DNA from: Polyangiales bacterium
GTDB taxonomy: Bacteria > Myxococcota_A > Polyangia > Polyangiales > Polyangiaceae
Reading direction: 5' to 3'
NCBI GenBank assembly: GCA_038230375.1
Contig: JBBRNJ010000032.1
Span: 22,407 to 86,406, forward strand
Length of the DNA: 64,000 nt
The position numbers and the translations under genes are program-made. Under the pieces are notes generated by a model. That model did no database searches. It saw only the letters and a list, made by a program, of their open reading frames with translations, and had not been told where the DNA came from. Below are positions 31,023 to 41,444 of the stretch, piece after piece. Numbering within the stretch: the stretch's first letter is position 1; every line of letters starts with the position of its first letter.

Positions 31023-31769
31023 TCACGCAAGACGTTCGAGCAGCTTCTTCGCGAACAGATAAGCGTCGCCGGGCCAGCGCGCGGACACGTAGTTGCCGTC
31101 CTCCACGACGAATGCGGGAGCATCGTTGGTGTCGGTGCCGCGCTTCGAGAGCTCATGTGGGCCGCGCACGAAGTCGTCCTCTGACTCCAGCGCCGCGCGG
31201 ACCTCCTCCTCCACGTATGCGGGATACGTGCGGTAGTATTTTCCCAGCTTCCAGAACGTCAGCATGTACGCGGAGCGCTCCATGTACTTGGGAAGGCAGG
31301 TCGTGCGGCGACCGAAGAGGACGCTCTTCTTCGTCTCCGGATCCATCGTGCGCGCGACCACGAGCACGCCATGGCAGATCGCCCCGAGCGGGCGATGCAG
31401 CTTGTTGAACGCGCAAACCTTCTCCTGCAGCACGTCGCTGCCCAGATACTGCCGCATGCCCGGCGCGTGTCCGCCCGGCAGCACGAGCGCGTCGTAGTCG
31501 GAGGCCACGAGGTCCTTCCACACGAGCGGCGCCTGGAACGCCTTCGACGTCGTCATGTCCTCGTAGAATGATTTCGGCTCGGGGTCCGCGCCCAGCTTGC
31601 CGAACAGCACGCCAGTGAGGAGCAGCGGATCGCAAGCGGGCTTCGTTCCGCCCTCCGTGGCGAACACGACATCATGCCCCGCGCGCGTGAGGAGCTTCCA
31701 CGGCACCGCGACCTCCGTCACGTCGAAGTCGATATCGGGCAGGGGAACGAGAATCCGCTTCTTCGCCAT
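31023..31769 (-). CDS. DJ-1/PfpI family protein
   Basis: DFDVTEVAVPW, LPGGHAPG, AICHG, SARWPGD. Confidence 0.9.
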   Translation of the reverse strand: MAKKRILVPLPDIDFDVTEVAVPWKLLTRAGHDVVFATEGGTKPACDPLLLTGVLFGKLGADPEPKSFYEDMTTSKAFQAPLVWKDLVASDYDALVLPGGHAPGMRQYLGSDVLQEKVCAFNKLHRPLGAICHGVLVVARTMDPETKKSVLFGRRTTCLPKYMERSAYMLTFWKLGKYYRTYPAYVEEEVRAALESEDDFVRGPHELSKRGTDTNDAPAFVVEDGNYVSARWPGDAYLFAKKLLERLA

Positions 31770-31819
31770 GCGCGCGCTCCTCTTATACGCGACCACGCCT
31801 TCCGCACGCTATGGCATCG

Positions 31820-33199
31820 TCACCGCATCGTGAGGGCGGTCTGTCGGCTGCGCGTGGCCAGATCGCACTTCACAGCGCTGTAGAGCGTCTCGGGCTCCAT
31901 GGGCTTGTTGAAGCGCCCTACCTCCTTGCCGTCGCGATCAAGGAGGATCACGGCGGGCAGGCCGACCACCCCGTACTTCTTCAGGATCGGCGCGTCGGGC
32001 TCCAGGTCGGTCGCATCGATCCTGAGGGCGACAAGCCTCCTCGCCTCCGTGCGCACGGCGGGGTCTGCGAACGCGTCTCGCTCGATGTGCTTGCAGGCGT
32101 CGCACCACTCCGCGCCGAAATCGATGAGCATCGGTTTCTTCTCGGCGGCGGCCTGCGCGAGCGCTGCCCCTTCGTCGGTGAGCCAGGCGATCGGCGGCGC
32201 GTTCGGATCCGCCGAGTGGTTCTGCGGAAACCACGAGAACAGCATCGCCGCGCCCAAGATCGCAGGCACGATGGACGCCAGCTTCATGGGTCTCGAGAAG
32301 CGTGCGATGGGCGAACGACGACGCTCCGCGAGCACGTGCACGATCCCCAGCGCGACGCCGAGCGCGAGCACCACGGCCGCGACGGCGCCGAACGCGTACC
32401 CCGGATGGCTCACCAGGCTCCGCACCGGCGCGAACTTGTCGCGGAGGTATGCGAATGCCATGAACGCAAGGCCAACGCCGCTCGCCCACTTGATGCCCAT
32501 CATCCACGCCCCGCCCTTGGGCAGGCTGACAGCGAACGCGCCGGCAAGAAAGAACAGCACCCCAAGGCCCAGCGCGAACGAGAAGAGCGCCGCCGCTCCG
32601 AGCAGCACCTGGCCGCTCTGCGCGATCACGGTGATCATCCCCGTGAGAAACGGCCCCGTGCATGGCGCCGCAATGAGCCCCATCACCAGGCCCATCACGA
32701 ATGCGCCCTTGAAGCCAACGCCGCCGACGGTGCTCAGCTTGTTGGTGAGCCGCGAAGGCAACGTCAGCTCGAACGCACCGAACATGGAGGCAGCGAGCGC
32801 GACGAACAGCAGCGCCAGCGCGGTGACGACCCACGCGTTCGACAATGCGGAGCCCATCAGCCGCCCGCTGACCGCGGAGATGATGCCCATCGGAGTGAAC
32901 AGTGTGGCAATGCCGAGCACGAACGCGCCCGACAGCCCCGCCGCGCGCAATCGCGACTTCGCCTGCGTCGCGCCGAAGATGGAAACGGTGATCGGCACCA
33001 TCGGATACACGCACGGCGTCAGGCTCGCAACGAAGCCAAAGCCGAACGACGCGATCACGGCGGCCACCGCACCATGGTGCTCCAGGATCGACTGGAACTT
33101 GCCAGTACCTTCCATCTCGACGCAGTTGCCCGCCATGGCGAACGCGGGCAGAAGCAGCACGACGACAACCACGCACATGGCAAACAGAGGATGACGCAT
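31820..33199 (-). CDS. dsbD: DsbD/CcdA-type thiol:disulfide interchange protein (TM + thioredoxin domains)
   Basis: SLTPCVYPM, APCTGP, LPKGGAWM, DFGAEWCDACK, VVGLP. No obvious N-terminal DsbD-alpha domain. Confidence 0.88.
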   Translation of the reverse strand: MRHPLFAMCVVVVVLLLPAFAMAGNCVEMEGTGKFQSILEHHGAVAAVIASFGFGFVASLTPCVYPMVPITVSIFGATQAKSRLRAAGLSGAFVLGIATLFTPMGIISAVSGRLMGSALSNAWVVTALALLFVALAASMFGAFELTLPSRLTNKLSTVGGVGFKGAFVMGLVMGLIAAPCTGPFLTGMITVIAQSGQVLLGAAALFSFALGLGVLFFLAGAFAVSLPKGGAWMMGIKWASGVGLAFMAFAYLRDKFAPVRSLVSHPGYAFGAVAAVVLALGVALGIVHVLAERRRSPIARFSRPMKLASIVPAILGAAMLFSWFPQNHSADPNAPPIAWLTDEGAALAQAAAEKKPMLIDFGAEWCDACKHIERDAFADPAVRTEARRLVALRIDATDLEPDAPILKKYGVVGLPAVILLDRDGKEVGRFNKPMEPETLYSAVKCDLATRSRQTALTMR

Positions 33200-33436
33200 C
33201 AGCACCTCCGCGAACGAACGCGTCCGCAATGGAGGAGCTGCAACCCATGGGCCATGCGCGACGCGCGGCCTCTCCCAACGAATCGCCGCTCTTCGTGGCC
33301 ACAGGGTGGCGCGGATGGTCGACGGCCTCCCTCCGCACTGATGCGCGAGCGATCCATGTGCGTGCTGGTGGCCCCAGTTCCTCGCCCACGCTCGGCTGTC
33401 CCTGCGGCGCGGCATCTGTGCCGATGGCGGTGAGGG

Positions 33437-33519
33437 GTACACCTATCAGGTGTACAATTTCGGATGGATTTGCGAATTTGCCGGCAATTCCTCGCCGTGG
33501 GTACACCTGGAAGGTGTAC
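33437..33519. promoter_or_regulatory. Two copies of palindrome GTACACCT-N3-AGGTGTAC (33437-33455, 33501-33519); putative operators
   Basis: Perfect 8-bp arms in both copies, 64 bp apart, in the intergenic region upstream of dsbD. Confidence 0.6.
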
Positions 33520-33603
33520 TGATTTTTTCGGCGCCCTCAGACCTCCCGGTGCGTTGCGCCGATTTGGTCCGACGTGCGTGGTCGCAGGCTGCGGCCCGCG
33601 CGT

Positions 33604-33705
33604 TCAATCCAGTGAGAGCTTGAGTCCCAGCTCTTGCTTCATGTGAAGGAGTGCCTCTGCGTTGCCTCGCGCGTCGTCCACCGGGTTGTGCGTGTGGGCG
33701 GTCTT
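33604..33705 (-). pseudogene. 3'-terminal remnant of a DEDDh 3'-5' exoribonuclease (Rv2179c-like)
   Basis: KTAHTHNPVDDARGNAEALLHMKQELGLKL-stop resembles the ExoIII-motif C-terminus. Upstream in-frame sequence is unrelated. Confidence 0.6.
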
Positions 33706-33763
33706 GCTCGAGGACGAGACGCTACGGACACGCTTCGAGCGCCTCCCGCGACGCACCTGAGCT

Positions 33764-34453
33764 TCACTCAGGCGCGAACACACCACTCGGGCCGCCAATG
33801 TCCGGACACGGCGACGAGCTGGCGCGCGACTCGTGATGAACGTGCGCGGTGCCGGAGAGCAGCGGGCCGTCGCTCTTGCCAGGGGGCACCGCGAACACCA
33901 GATCGCCGTCGACCGAGCTACTGTCCGTCGCCCTGAACGCGAACGTCCCCGCTGCCGCATTGCATACCGGCACACCAGACTCGAACGCCTCGCACACGCT
34001 CGCGTTCAGCTCCGTGAGCGTGTAGTCGCCGCTCCTTGTCGGGAGGTCGAGCGAGACGGTCACGGTCGACAGCGGGAAGTCCACACGCTGGCCGCCGATG
34101 ACGACCGTGAACGAGACCGTGCTCAGGAGCGACAGCGTTCCGCTCGACGTGCCCACCGTATCGGTGTCGAAGGTGCGCTGCTCGCCCGTGACGCGCCCCG
34201 TGCCACGCGCCCGGTAAGCCGACAACCGTTCGGGGGCGTCTGTGGCCGCGGTGATGCTCGCGTCCCGCGCCGCGCTGACGGACCGGGGCTCCGTGTACGC
34301 GAACGCGCTGGTGACGTTCCCTGTCGACTCGTCCACGGTACATGTCTTGGTGCTGCAGGCGGTCGTGGAGCTCGTGGCGGCGACGGACAGCAAGGCGGCT
34401 TGAAGGATACTTGCGAGGATGCACATGGTGCGGCGCTCTTCAGCAAGGTCCAT
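33764..34453 (-). CDS. Hypothetical lipoprotein
   Basis: Hydrophobic N-terminus ending TTAC, beta-rich body. Start 34453 or 34426. Confidence 0.6.
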   Translation of the reverse strand: MDLAEERRTMCILASILQAALLSVAATSSTTACSTKTCTVDESTGNVTSAFAYTEPRSVSAARDASITAATDAPERLSAYRARGTGRVTGEQRTFDTDTVGTSSGTLSLLSTVSFTVVIGGQRVDFPLSTVTVSLDLPTRSGDYTLTELNASVCEAFESGVPVCNAAAGTFAFRATDSSSVDGDLVFAVPPGKSDGPLLSGTAHVHHESRASSSPCPDIGGPSGVFAPE

Positions 34454-34542
34454 ACCGCAGCGATCACGCCGAAATACGCATGAATCGCCGCCGAAGGTGA
34501 ACCAGCGGCTGTGGCGCTGGAATCACATGTTGCGAGCGCGGG

Positions 34543-37500
34543 TCAGTCCTTCAGGCATTTCGCGAGGGCATCGAGCAGCGCCTCGCAGTTCCTCAGGCTG
34601 TCCTGCGTGCCGTCGAACCTTCGCGTCAGGCGCATGTCCGGCGTGAGCTTGTAGGGGCTCTGCTTCGCGGCGACCAGCTTCAGGACCTTCTGCGGATCCA
34701 GCGGCGTGTCCTCGCGCAGGTGCAGCGTGACGGTCTTCGCGCTCGCCTCGCAGCCCAGCGCGCGCAGCCGCCGCAGCTCCGTCTTCAGGCGCATGAGCGC
34801 GACGAATCGCTTCGCGTCCTCCGGTGGCGGACCAAAGCGGTCCTCCATCTCCACGGCGATCTCCTCCACGTGCGCCTCGTCCGTCGCGCTCGCGAGGCGC
34901 TTGTAGAACGAGAGCCGCACGCCCACGTCGCCGATGTAGTCCTCCGGCAAGAGCGCGGGCACGTCGAACGAGAGCTCGGTGTCCACCTCGTGCACGACGG
35001 TCTCGCCGCGCAGCTCCTTCACGGCCTCGTCCAGCATCTGGCAGAACAGCTCGAAGCCCACGCTCTCCACCGTGCCGGACTGCTCGCTGCCGAGCAGATC
35101 GCCCGCGCCACGAAGCTCCAGGTCGAGCGATGCGATCTTGAAGCCACTGCCTAGCTCCGTGTGGCGCTCGAGCGCCTCGATGCGCGCGCGTGATTCGTCC
35201 GTCATCGCCTCTTGCGGCGGGACCACCAGGTAGCAGTACGCGCGCTCCTTGCTGCGGCCCACGCGCCCACGCAGCTGATAGAGCTGCGCCAGTCCGAACA
35301 TGTCCGCGCGGTCGATGATGATCGTGTTCGCGCGCGGGATGTCCAGGCCGCTCTCGATGATCGCGGTGGCCACCAGCACGTCGTAGCGGCCGTCCACGAA
35401 GTCCAGCATGGTGCGCTCCAGCGCCGTCTCGCCGTCCGCGTTCGACCTGGTCATCTGTCCGTGCGCCACGGCGATGCGTGCGCTGGGGCAGAGCTCCTGC
35501 ACGCGCTTTGCGCGCTCGTAGATGCCCTCGATGCGGTTGTACACGTAGAAGACCTGGCCGCCGCGCGACAGCTCGCGCGTGATGGCCTCCTTCAGCACGT
35601 TCGCGTCGTACCGGCTCACCACCGTGCGCACCGCGCGGCGATCCACGGGCGGCGTGGTGATGAGCGAGAGATCACGCAGCCCGCTGACGGCCATCTGCAG
35701 CGTGCGCGGGATGGGCGTGGCGCTCAGCGTGAGCACGTCCACCTGCGTCTTCAGCTGCTTGATGCGCTCCTTGTGGACAACGCCAAAGCGCTGCTCCTCG
35801 TCCACGATCAAGAGGCCCAGGCTCTTCAGGTGGATGTCCTTGGAGAGCAGTCGGTGCGTGCCCACCACCACGTCGCACTTGCCGTCCTTCAGCGCGGCGA
35901 GCGTCTCGTCTTGCTCCTTCTTCGACTGGAAGCGGCTCATCACGCGCACGTTGATCGGGTAGTCGCGGAGGCGCGCCTCCAGCGTGCGAAAATGCTGCTG
36001 CGCGAGCACGGTGGTGGGACACAAGAGCGCGACCTGGCTGCCCGCGCTGGCCACACGAAAGGCCGCGCGGATCGCGACCTCGGTCTTGCCAAAGCCCACG
36101 TCGCCGCAGACCAGGCGATCCATGGGCCGCGTGGACTCCAGGTCCGCGTTCACGTCGCTGATGGCCTTCGCCTGATCGGGCGTCTCGTCGAACGCGAACG
36201 TGGCCTCGAACGCGCGGTAGTCGTCGTCTGCTTCCGGCAGCGCGTCGCTGACAGCGGCCTGGCGCTCCGCGTAGAGCTTCAGGAGCTCGTCCGCCATCTG
36301 GCGAACGGCCTTCTCCACGCGTGCCTTCGTCTTGCTGAAGGTCTGCCCGCCGAGCCGATCGACCTTGGGCTGCGCGCTCTCCCCGCCTGCATACTTCTGC
36401 AGCTGATTCAGGCGGTAAACGGGCAGGTAGAGTCGATCGTTGTTGGAGTACTCGACGACGATGAGGTCGACCGTGAGCGACCCGACCTCCTTGTGGACCA
36501 GCCCCTGGTAGCGACCAATGCCGTGGTCCGTATGCACCACGTAGTCGCCCACGGTGAGCGTGCGCAGGTCCTCGATGAACGCGCGCGAGACATCCTTCTT
36601 GGTCTGCTCGCGGCGGCGGTGCGCACGCGCGCCAAAGATCTCCTCTTCCGTGATCAGTGCGAAGCCGTCCGCGGGAAGCACCAGCCCGCGCGTGATGGGC
36701 CCGGTGACCACGCACGCCGTCTGCTCGAAGCGCTCCGCCAACAGCCCTGCCAGCGTCTGCGCTCCGAACCGCGTCTTCGTCTCCACGCCCTGGTGCTTCA
36801 GGAGCTGCACCAGGCGGTCCGCCTGCGTCTCCGTGCGCGCGGCCAGGAACACCGACAGTCCGTGGTCGTCGTAGTGACGGATGAGCGAGACCAGCGGCGA
36901 GAGCGAGAGCGTCTTCCCGCGCGTCGCCCGCGCTGCCTTCAGCGCACGTCCCAGGTCCTCGTTGTCCATCGCGGACAGATCCAGCGCGTCCTTCGGCGCC
37001 GCAAAGCGCAAGAGGCCGTCACTCGCCTCCTCACCCAGGATCGCCGTGCGATGCATCGCCACGAACCCGGCCGTCTCGATCGTGCGCGCCGCGTGCTCCT
37101 CGCCGCCATAGAACGAAGTGCCGAGAAAATGAGGCTCTTTCTCCTTCGCGCGCTCGTCCTCTTCCACGCGAACGCGCTCTTCTTCCAGCGCGGCGTGCAG
37201 GTCCGCGGGCCCCACGAGCACGAACAGCGCGTCCTCTGGCAGGTACGCAAGGATGGAGTCGAGCTCCTCGTAGTACGCGGGCAGCCATCCGTCCGCGCCG
37301 AAGAAGCCGCGCGCGCCACACACGTCGTCCGACAGCGCGCGGGTCTTCAGCGTGGGCCAGTCGATCATCTCGGACAGCTGCTGCACGCGGTCCTTCGCGC
37401 GCGCCACGTTCTTCGGCGTGAGGATGGGCTCGCGCGCAGGCGGCAGCCACACGCTGGGCTCCGTCCTGCCTTCCAGCGTCTTCTGCTCGAACGGATCGAA

Positions 37501-38142
37501 CGGCTTGATGCTGAGCACCAGCTCTCCGTAGAGCTCCACGCGCAGGGGCGCCTCGGCGCCTGGCGGCCACACGTCGAGCAGCGCGCCGCGCACGGAGAAC
37601 GTGCCTGGGTCCTCCACCACGGGGACGCGCAGATAGCCAGACTCGGCGAGCTTCACGATCACAGCGTCGCGATCCAGCTCGTCTTCTGCCACGATGCGCG
37701 CCGTCGCCGCCGTGAGCTCCTTCTTCGGGACCACCTTGCGGAGCAGCGCGGTTGCCGGGAGCACCAGCACCTTGAACGGCTCCTTGCGCGCGAGCCACGA
37801 CAGGGTTGAGAGCCGCGCGATCGCAGCGCGCCGATCGGGGCTCACGTCCGCGAACGGCGTGGACTCGCTCGCGGGGAGCGTGAGCACAGGCTCGCCCTTG
37901 CCGAGCAGGAACGACAGATCGGCCGCGAGGCGCTCCGCATCGTCGCCGTCCTTCGTCACCACCACGACGGGTCGTCCAAGCTCCGTCGCCTTTGCGGCCA
38001 CGAACGACGCCGCCGAGCCGCGCTCACCCGCGACGTGCGCGCGCCCATTCGCCTTCACTGCAGAGAGCACGTCGGACAGGCGCGCGGCGACGATTCCCTC
38101 CGGCGGGGCCAGGGAGGGAAGGGGGAATGTCACGTCCGTCAC
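34543..38142 (-). CDS. mfd: Transcription-repair coupling factor
   Basis: UvrB-like N-terminus, RID (VVHTDHGIG), MDRLVCGDVGFGKTE, DEEQRFG, QLRGRVGR, TRCF C-terminal domain. Confidence 0.98.
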   Translation of the reverse strand: MTDVTFPLPSLAPPEGIVAARLSDVLSAVKANGRAHVAGERGSAASFVAAKATELGRPVVVVTKDGDDAERLAADLSFLLGKGEPVLTLPASESTPFADVSPDRRAAIARLSTLSWLARKEPFKVLVLPATALLRKVVPKKELTAATARIVAEDELDRDAVIVKLAESGYLRVPVVEDPGTFSVRGALLDVWPPGAEAPLRVELYGELVLSIKPFDPFEQKTLEGRTEPSVWLPPAREPILTPKNVARAKDRVQQLSEMIDWPTLKTRALSDDVCGARGFFGADGWLPAYYEELDSILAYLPEDALFVLVGPADLHAALEEERVRVEEDERAKEKEPHFLGTSFYGGEEHAARTIETAGFVAMHRTAILGEEASDGLLRFAAPKDALDLSAMDNEDLGRALKAARATRGKTLSLSPLVSLIRHYDDHGLSVFLAARTETQADRLVQLLKHQGVETKTRFGAQTLAGLLAERFEQTACVVTGPITRGLVLPADGFALITEEEIFGARAHRRREQTKKDVSRAFIEDLRTLTVGDYVVHTDHGIGRYQGLVHKEVGSLTVDLIVVEYSNNDRLYLPVYRLNQLQKYAGGESAQPKVDRLGGQTFSKTKARVEKAVRQMADELLKLYAERQAAVSDALPEADDDYRAFEATFAFDETPDQAKAISDVNADLESTRPMDRLVCGDVGFGKTEVAIRAAFRVASAGSQVALLCPTTVLAQQHFRTLEARLRDYPINVRVMSRFQSKKEQDETLAALKDGKCDVVVGTHRLLSKDIHLKSLGLLIVDEEQRFGVVHKERIKQLKTQVDVLTLSATPIPRTLQMAVSGLRDLSLITTPPVDRRAVRTVVSRYDANVLKEAITRELSRGGQVFYVYNRIEGIYERAKRVQELCPSARIAVAHGQMTRSNADGETALERTMLDFVDGRYDVLVATAIIESGLDIPRANTIIIDRADMFGLAQLYQLRGRVGRSKERAYCYLVVPPQEAMTDESRARIEALERHTELGSGFKIASLDLELRGAGDLLGSEQSGTVESVGFELFCQMLDEAVKELRGETVVHEVDTELSFDVPALLPEDYIGDVGVRLSFYKRLASATDEAHVEEIAVEMEDRFGPPPEDAKRFVALMRLKTELRRLRALGCEASAKTVTLHLREDTPLDPQKVLKLVAAKQSPYKLTPDMRLTRRFDGTQDSLRNCEALLDALAKCLKD

Positions 38143-39452
38143 GCCGCGGGGACCTTTCGCACGCGAACGTTGGTGACGCGGCGTCGACTCAGGCCCGTCA
38201 CCTCGGCGGTGGCGTCCGTGGCGATGTCGATGCGATCACCGTGCTTCGGCAGCCGCCCGAGCCGTGCAAGCACGACCGCGCCAACGTTCTCCGCCTGCTC
38301 GGCGGCCGACACGGTGATGCCCAGCGGACGAAGCTCCTCCATCGACGCGCGCGCGTCCACGTCCCATGCGTCGACCTCGCCCGGGGTCCGCAACACGCGC
38401 TGCGGCTCCTCGTCGGACTCGTCCTTGATTTCGCCGACAATCTCCTCGAGGAGATCCTCCATCGTGACGATGCCGCTGGTGCCGCCATACTCGTCCACGA
38501 CGACCGCGATCTGCGTCTGCGCCTTCTGCATGGCGCGCAGCACGTGCACGAGGTCCTGCGTCTCCGGCACGAAGAGCACAGCGCGGCGAATGGAGTCGAG
38601 TGACGGCAGGCTTGCCGCCTCCGTATCGAGCAGCAGATCCTTCGCGTAGAGGTAGCCGACGATCTCGTCGAGCGAGCGCTCCTTCGTGAGCAGGATGCGC
38701 GAGTACTGATGCGTCTGCACCATCCCGCACGCATCCTTCCCGGACATGCCCACGGGGATGGACATCACGTCCACGCGCGGCACCATCACGTGGCGCGCCG
38801 TGCGCTGCGAGAAGCGGAGCACGCGCTCCACGAGCTCCCCCTTCTCCTTGCCGCCGGGAGAACGCGCCGTGTTCGCTGCAAGGATGCCGATGATCTCTTC
38901 TTCCGACAGACGTCCCTCGCTCGCGGCGTTGGCGCTCATGCCCATACCGCGCAGGATGACCGAGGTCGCGCGCTCGAGCACGAACAGCAGCGGCCTGAAG
39001 ACAAGGAAGATGATGTGGAGCGGCCCCGCGACCGCGAGCGCCATGCGCTCCGAGCGCTGGATCGCCGCGAGCTTGGGGACGAGCTCACCAAACAGCACGT
39101 GCGCGAACGTGAGCGCACCGAACGCGACGACGATCCCGCCGATGTGAGCGTAGTTCGGGATGTGCTCGCCAAAGTACGCCGAGGACACGCGGTCCACCTG
39201 CTTCTCGATCGCGGGCTCACCGACCCAGCCGAGGCCCAGGCTGGCAAGCGTGATGCCGAACTGCGTGACGGAGAGGTACCGCTCCAGCCTGTCTGCGACC
39301 TTCTGCGCAAACGCCGCCCGCGTGTCGCCCTTCTTCGCGCGGCTGGAGAGCCGCGTGTTGCCGACCTTCACGAGCGCAAACTCAGCGGCCACAAAAAAGC
39401 CGTTCAGCGCGATGAAGACAACGGAGAGAAGCAGTCCGAGCACGGCACCCAC
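38139..39452 (-). CDS. Hemolysin-family (DUF21/CNNM + CBS + CorC) protein
   Basis: NGFFVAAEFA, GELVPK, VMVPR, VVDEYGGTSGIVTMEDLLEEIVGEI. Confidence 0.95.
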   Translation of the reverse strand: MGAVLGLLLSVVFIALNGFFVAAEFALVKVGNTRLSSRAKKGDTRAAFAQKVADRLERYLSVTQFGITLASLGLGWVGEPAIEKQVDRVSSAYFGEHIPNYAHIGGIVVAFGALTFAHVLFGELVPKLAAIQRSERMALAVAGPLHIIFLVFRPLLFVLERATSVILRGMGMSANAASEGRLSEEEIIGILAANTARSPGGKEKGELVERVLRFSQRTARHVMVPRVDVMSIPVGMSGKDACGMVQTHQYSRILLTKERSLDEIVGYLYAKDLLLDTEAASLPSLDSIRRAVLFVPETQDLVHVLRAMQKAQTQIAVVVDEYGGTSGIVTMEDLLEEIVGEIKDESDEEPQRVLRTPGEVDAWDVDARASMEELRPLGITVSAAEQAENVGAVVLARLGRLPKHGDRIDIATDATAEVTGLSRRRVTNVRVRKVPAA

Positions 39453-39513
39453 GTCCTACCACACTTCCGTGACACCCGTGCCGAGCGCCAGGGACGAAGT
39501 CGAAGTCGAGGGG

Positions 39514-39891
39514 CTAGATAGCGGGTCCTGCCATCTCGTCCACGACTGACTCCTTCACGCCCAGCGCCTTCGCGACCTTTCGCACGAACGCGTCTTCTTC
39601 GGACGTGAGCATGTCCGCGAACGCGACGTCCACGGCGCTGCGTAGCGCGGCCTCGCGTTTTGCTTCGGGGATGCGCTCGACGATCGAGGCGAGGAACGGG
39701 TCCACGCCCTTCTCGGTCATCACGGCTCGCTCCTTGGCGATCGTGGCGTCGACCTCGTCGTCCTTCTGACCCTCCGCGTGCGCGTGGATCTTCACCTTCA
39801 GCTCCGTGATCTCCTCGTCGGAGATCTCGCCGTCGGCGTTCGCGATGAGGAGGCACAGTCCGATCTCGGCTTGCTGTTCGGGGGTAGACAT
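39514..39891 (-). CDS. TerB-family protein
   Basis: ANADGEISDEE and AFAD..TSEE..FVRKVAKALGV. Confidence 0.8.
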   Translation of the reverse strand: MSTPEQQAEIGLCLLIANADGEISDEEITELKVKIHAHAEGQKDDEVDATIAKERAVMTEKGVDPFLASIVERIPEAKREAALRSAVDVAFADMLTSEEDAFVRKVAKALGVKESVVDEMAGPAI

Positions 39892-39983
39892 TGCCGCGAT
39901 CACAGCAGACTCCGGGCCGCTCGTCGAGCGGGTAGCGAGGTGTATTTCTGGCTGATCCGTCAGGAAAGGACTACTGAACGACG

Positions 39984-41444
39984 ATGGGGAGAGAATGGCT
40001 GTTGCTGGTCGGTGCCGGGATCGCCGGCACCATCGTGGTCTGCGTCGCGTGCGACACCGGCAACGACAAGGGTCAGGACGCGCTGCCAGAAGCAGGGACG
40101 CGCCCCGATGACACGACAGCCTCCGCGGGCCGCGCCGCCTGTTCGTTCGCCCGCGGCGCGTTGCCGGCGCAGACCCTCGGCGCCAGCCAGCCGCTGGGCG
40201 ACGACATCCCCATCGACACGATCGTGGTCCTCATGCTGGAGAACCGCTCCTTCGATACGTACTTCGGGCACCTGGGCAAGTACGCGAAGCGCTCGGACAT
40301 CGAGTCCGCCCCGGACTCCACCATCTGCCCCGCGAAGACCGGCGCCAACCCTGGCGCGTTCTTCCCATACCAGCACGCCCCGCACCTCTGCCTGCTGGAC
40401 ACGAACCACGAGTGGAGCGGCACCCACACGGAGTGGGACCAGGGCAAGATGGACGGCTTCGTCGAGGCGAACGAGGGCTGGGCCGAGACCTTTCCGGACG
40501 GCGGCGCGCCCACACTGAAGAGCGGCTCGCGCGCCATGGGCTGGTTCGACGAGCGCGACATCCCCTTCTACTACGAGCTCGCGAGCACGTTCGCGATCGG
40601 TGACCACTACCACTCGTCGATCCTGGGGCCCACGTGGCCCAACCGCCAGTACATGTATGCTGCATCTAGTTACGGCGTCATCGACAACACGTTCCCGGAC
40701 TTCGGGGGGGCCCTTTACCCGGACAAGGACATCGTCATCTTCGACCTGCTCGAGAAGGCCGGCGTGAGCTGGAACATCTACGGCGACGGCGTCCCAGGGC
40801 TCGCGACCGTGATCAGCATCGCCATCGTGAACAGGTGGGCTGGGCGCAACCCGCTCCTGCCCGCCAGCGCCTTCTTCGAACAGGCAAAGGCCGGAACGCT
40901 TCCGCACGTCGTGTTCGTGGACCCGCGCCTTGGGACAGAGACACCCGACGGCGACGACGAGCACCCGCCCGGCGACGTCCAGAACGGCCAGAAGTTCACG
41001 AGCGACGTCGTCCACGCGCTGTTCCAGAGCCCGCAGTGGAGCCACACCGCGCTCTTCATCACCTACGACGAGCACGGTGGCCTCTACGATCACGTGCCCC
41101 CGCCTCCCGCATGCGCGCCAGACGACCGCGCCCCGCTCGTTCACGTGGGCGACCCTACGCAAGGCGGCTTTGATCGGTATGGCGTGCGTGTCCCCATCAC
41201 CGTGGTCTCGCCCTATGCGAAGCCCGCGTACGTCTCCCACGTGCTCTACGATCACACGAGCATCCTTCGCTTCATCGAGGCACGCCACGCGCTGCCGGCG
41301 CTCAGCGGGCGCGACGCGAACGCGGACGCCATGTTCGACTTCTTCGATTTCGGGAAGGCTTCATTCGCGACGCCGCCCACGATCGCGGTGCCCTCGATCG
41401 ATCAGGCGGAGCTCTTGTACTGCGAGAACACCTACCGCAAGTAG
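39984..41444 (+). CDS. Phosphoesterase / non-haemolytic phospholipase C family lipoprotein
   Basis: MLENRSFD, GPTWPNR, DEHPP, TYDEHGG.YDHV, GVRVP, DHTSIL. Confidence 0.93.
   Translation: MGREWLLLVGAGIAGTIVVCVACDTGNDKGQDALPEAGTRPDDTTASAGRAACSFARGALPAQTLGASQPLGDDIPIDTIVVLMLENRSFDTYFGHLGKYAKRSDIESAPDSTICPAKTGANPGAFFPYQHAPHLCLLDTNHEWSGTHTEWDQGKMDGFVEANEGWAETFPDGGAPTLKSGSRAMGWFDERDIPFYYELASTFAIGDHYHSSILGPTWPNRQYMYAASSYGVIDNTFPDFGGALYPDKDIVIFDLLEKAGVSWNIYGDGVPGLATVISIAIVNRWAGRNPLLPASAFFEQAKAGTLPHVVFVDPRLGTETPDGDDEHPPGDVQNGQKFTSDVVHALFQSPQWSHTALFITYDEHGGLYDHVPPPPACAPDDRAPLVHVGDPTQGGFDRYGVRVPITVVSPYAKPAYVSHVLYDHTSILRFIEARHALPALSGRDANADAMFDFFDFGKASFATPPTIAVPSIDQAELLYCENTYRK

Noticed and set aside
33522..33563. 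T-run plus GCCGAT resembling the shared promoter
   Set aside because: The -35 box and spacing do not match, and no sense-strand gene follows.
39960..39991. Third copy of the shared promoter motif (CGATGGGGAG)
   Set aside because: It overlaps the start codon of the phosphoesterase and lacks GCAACC and the T-run. It is probably coincidental.
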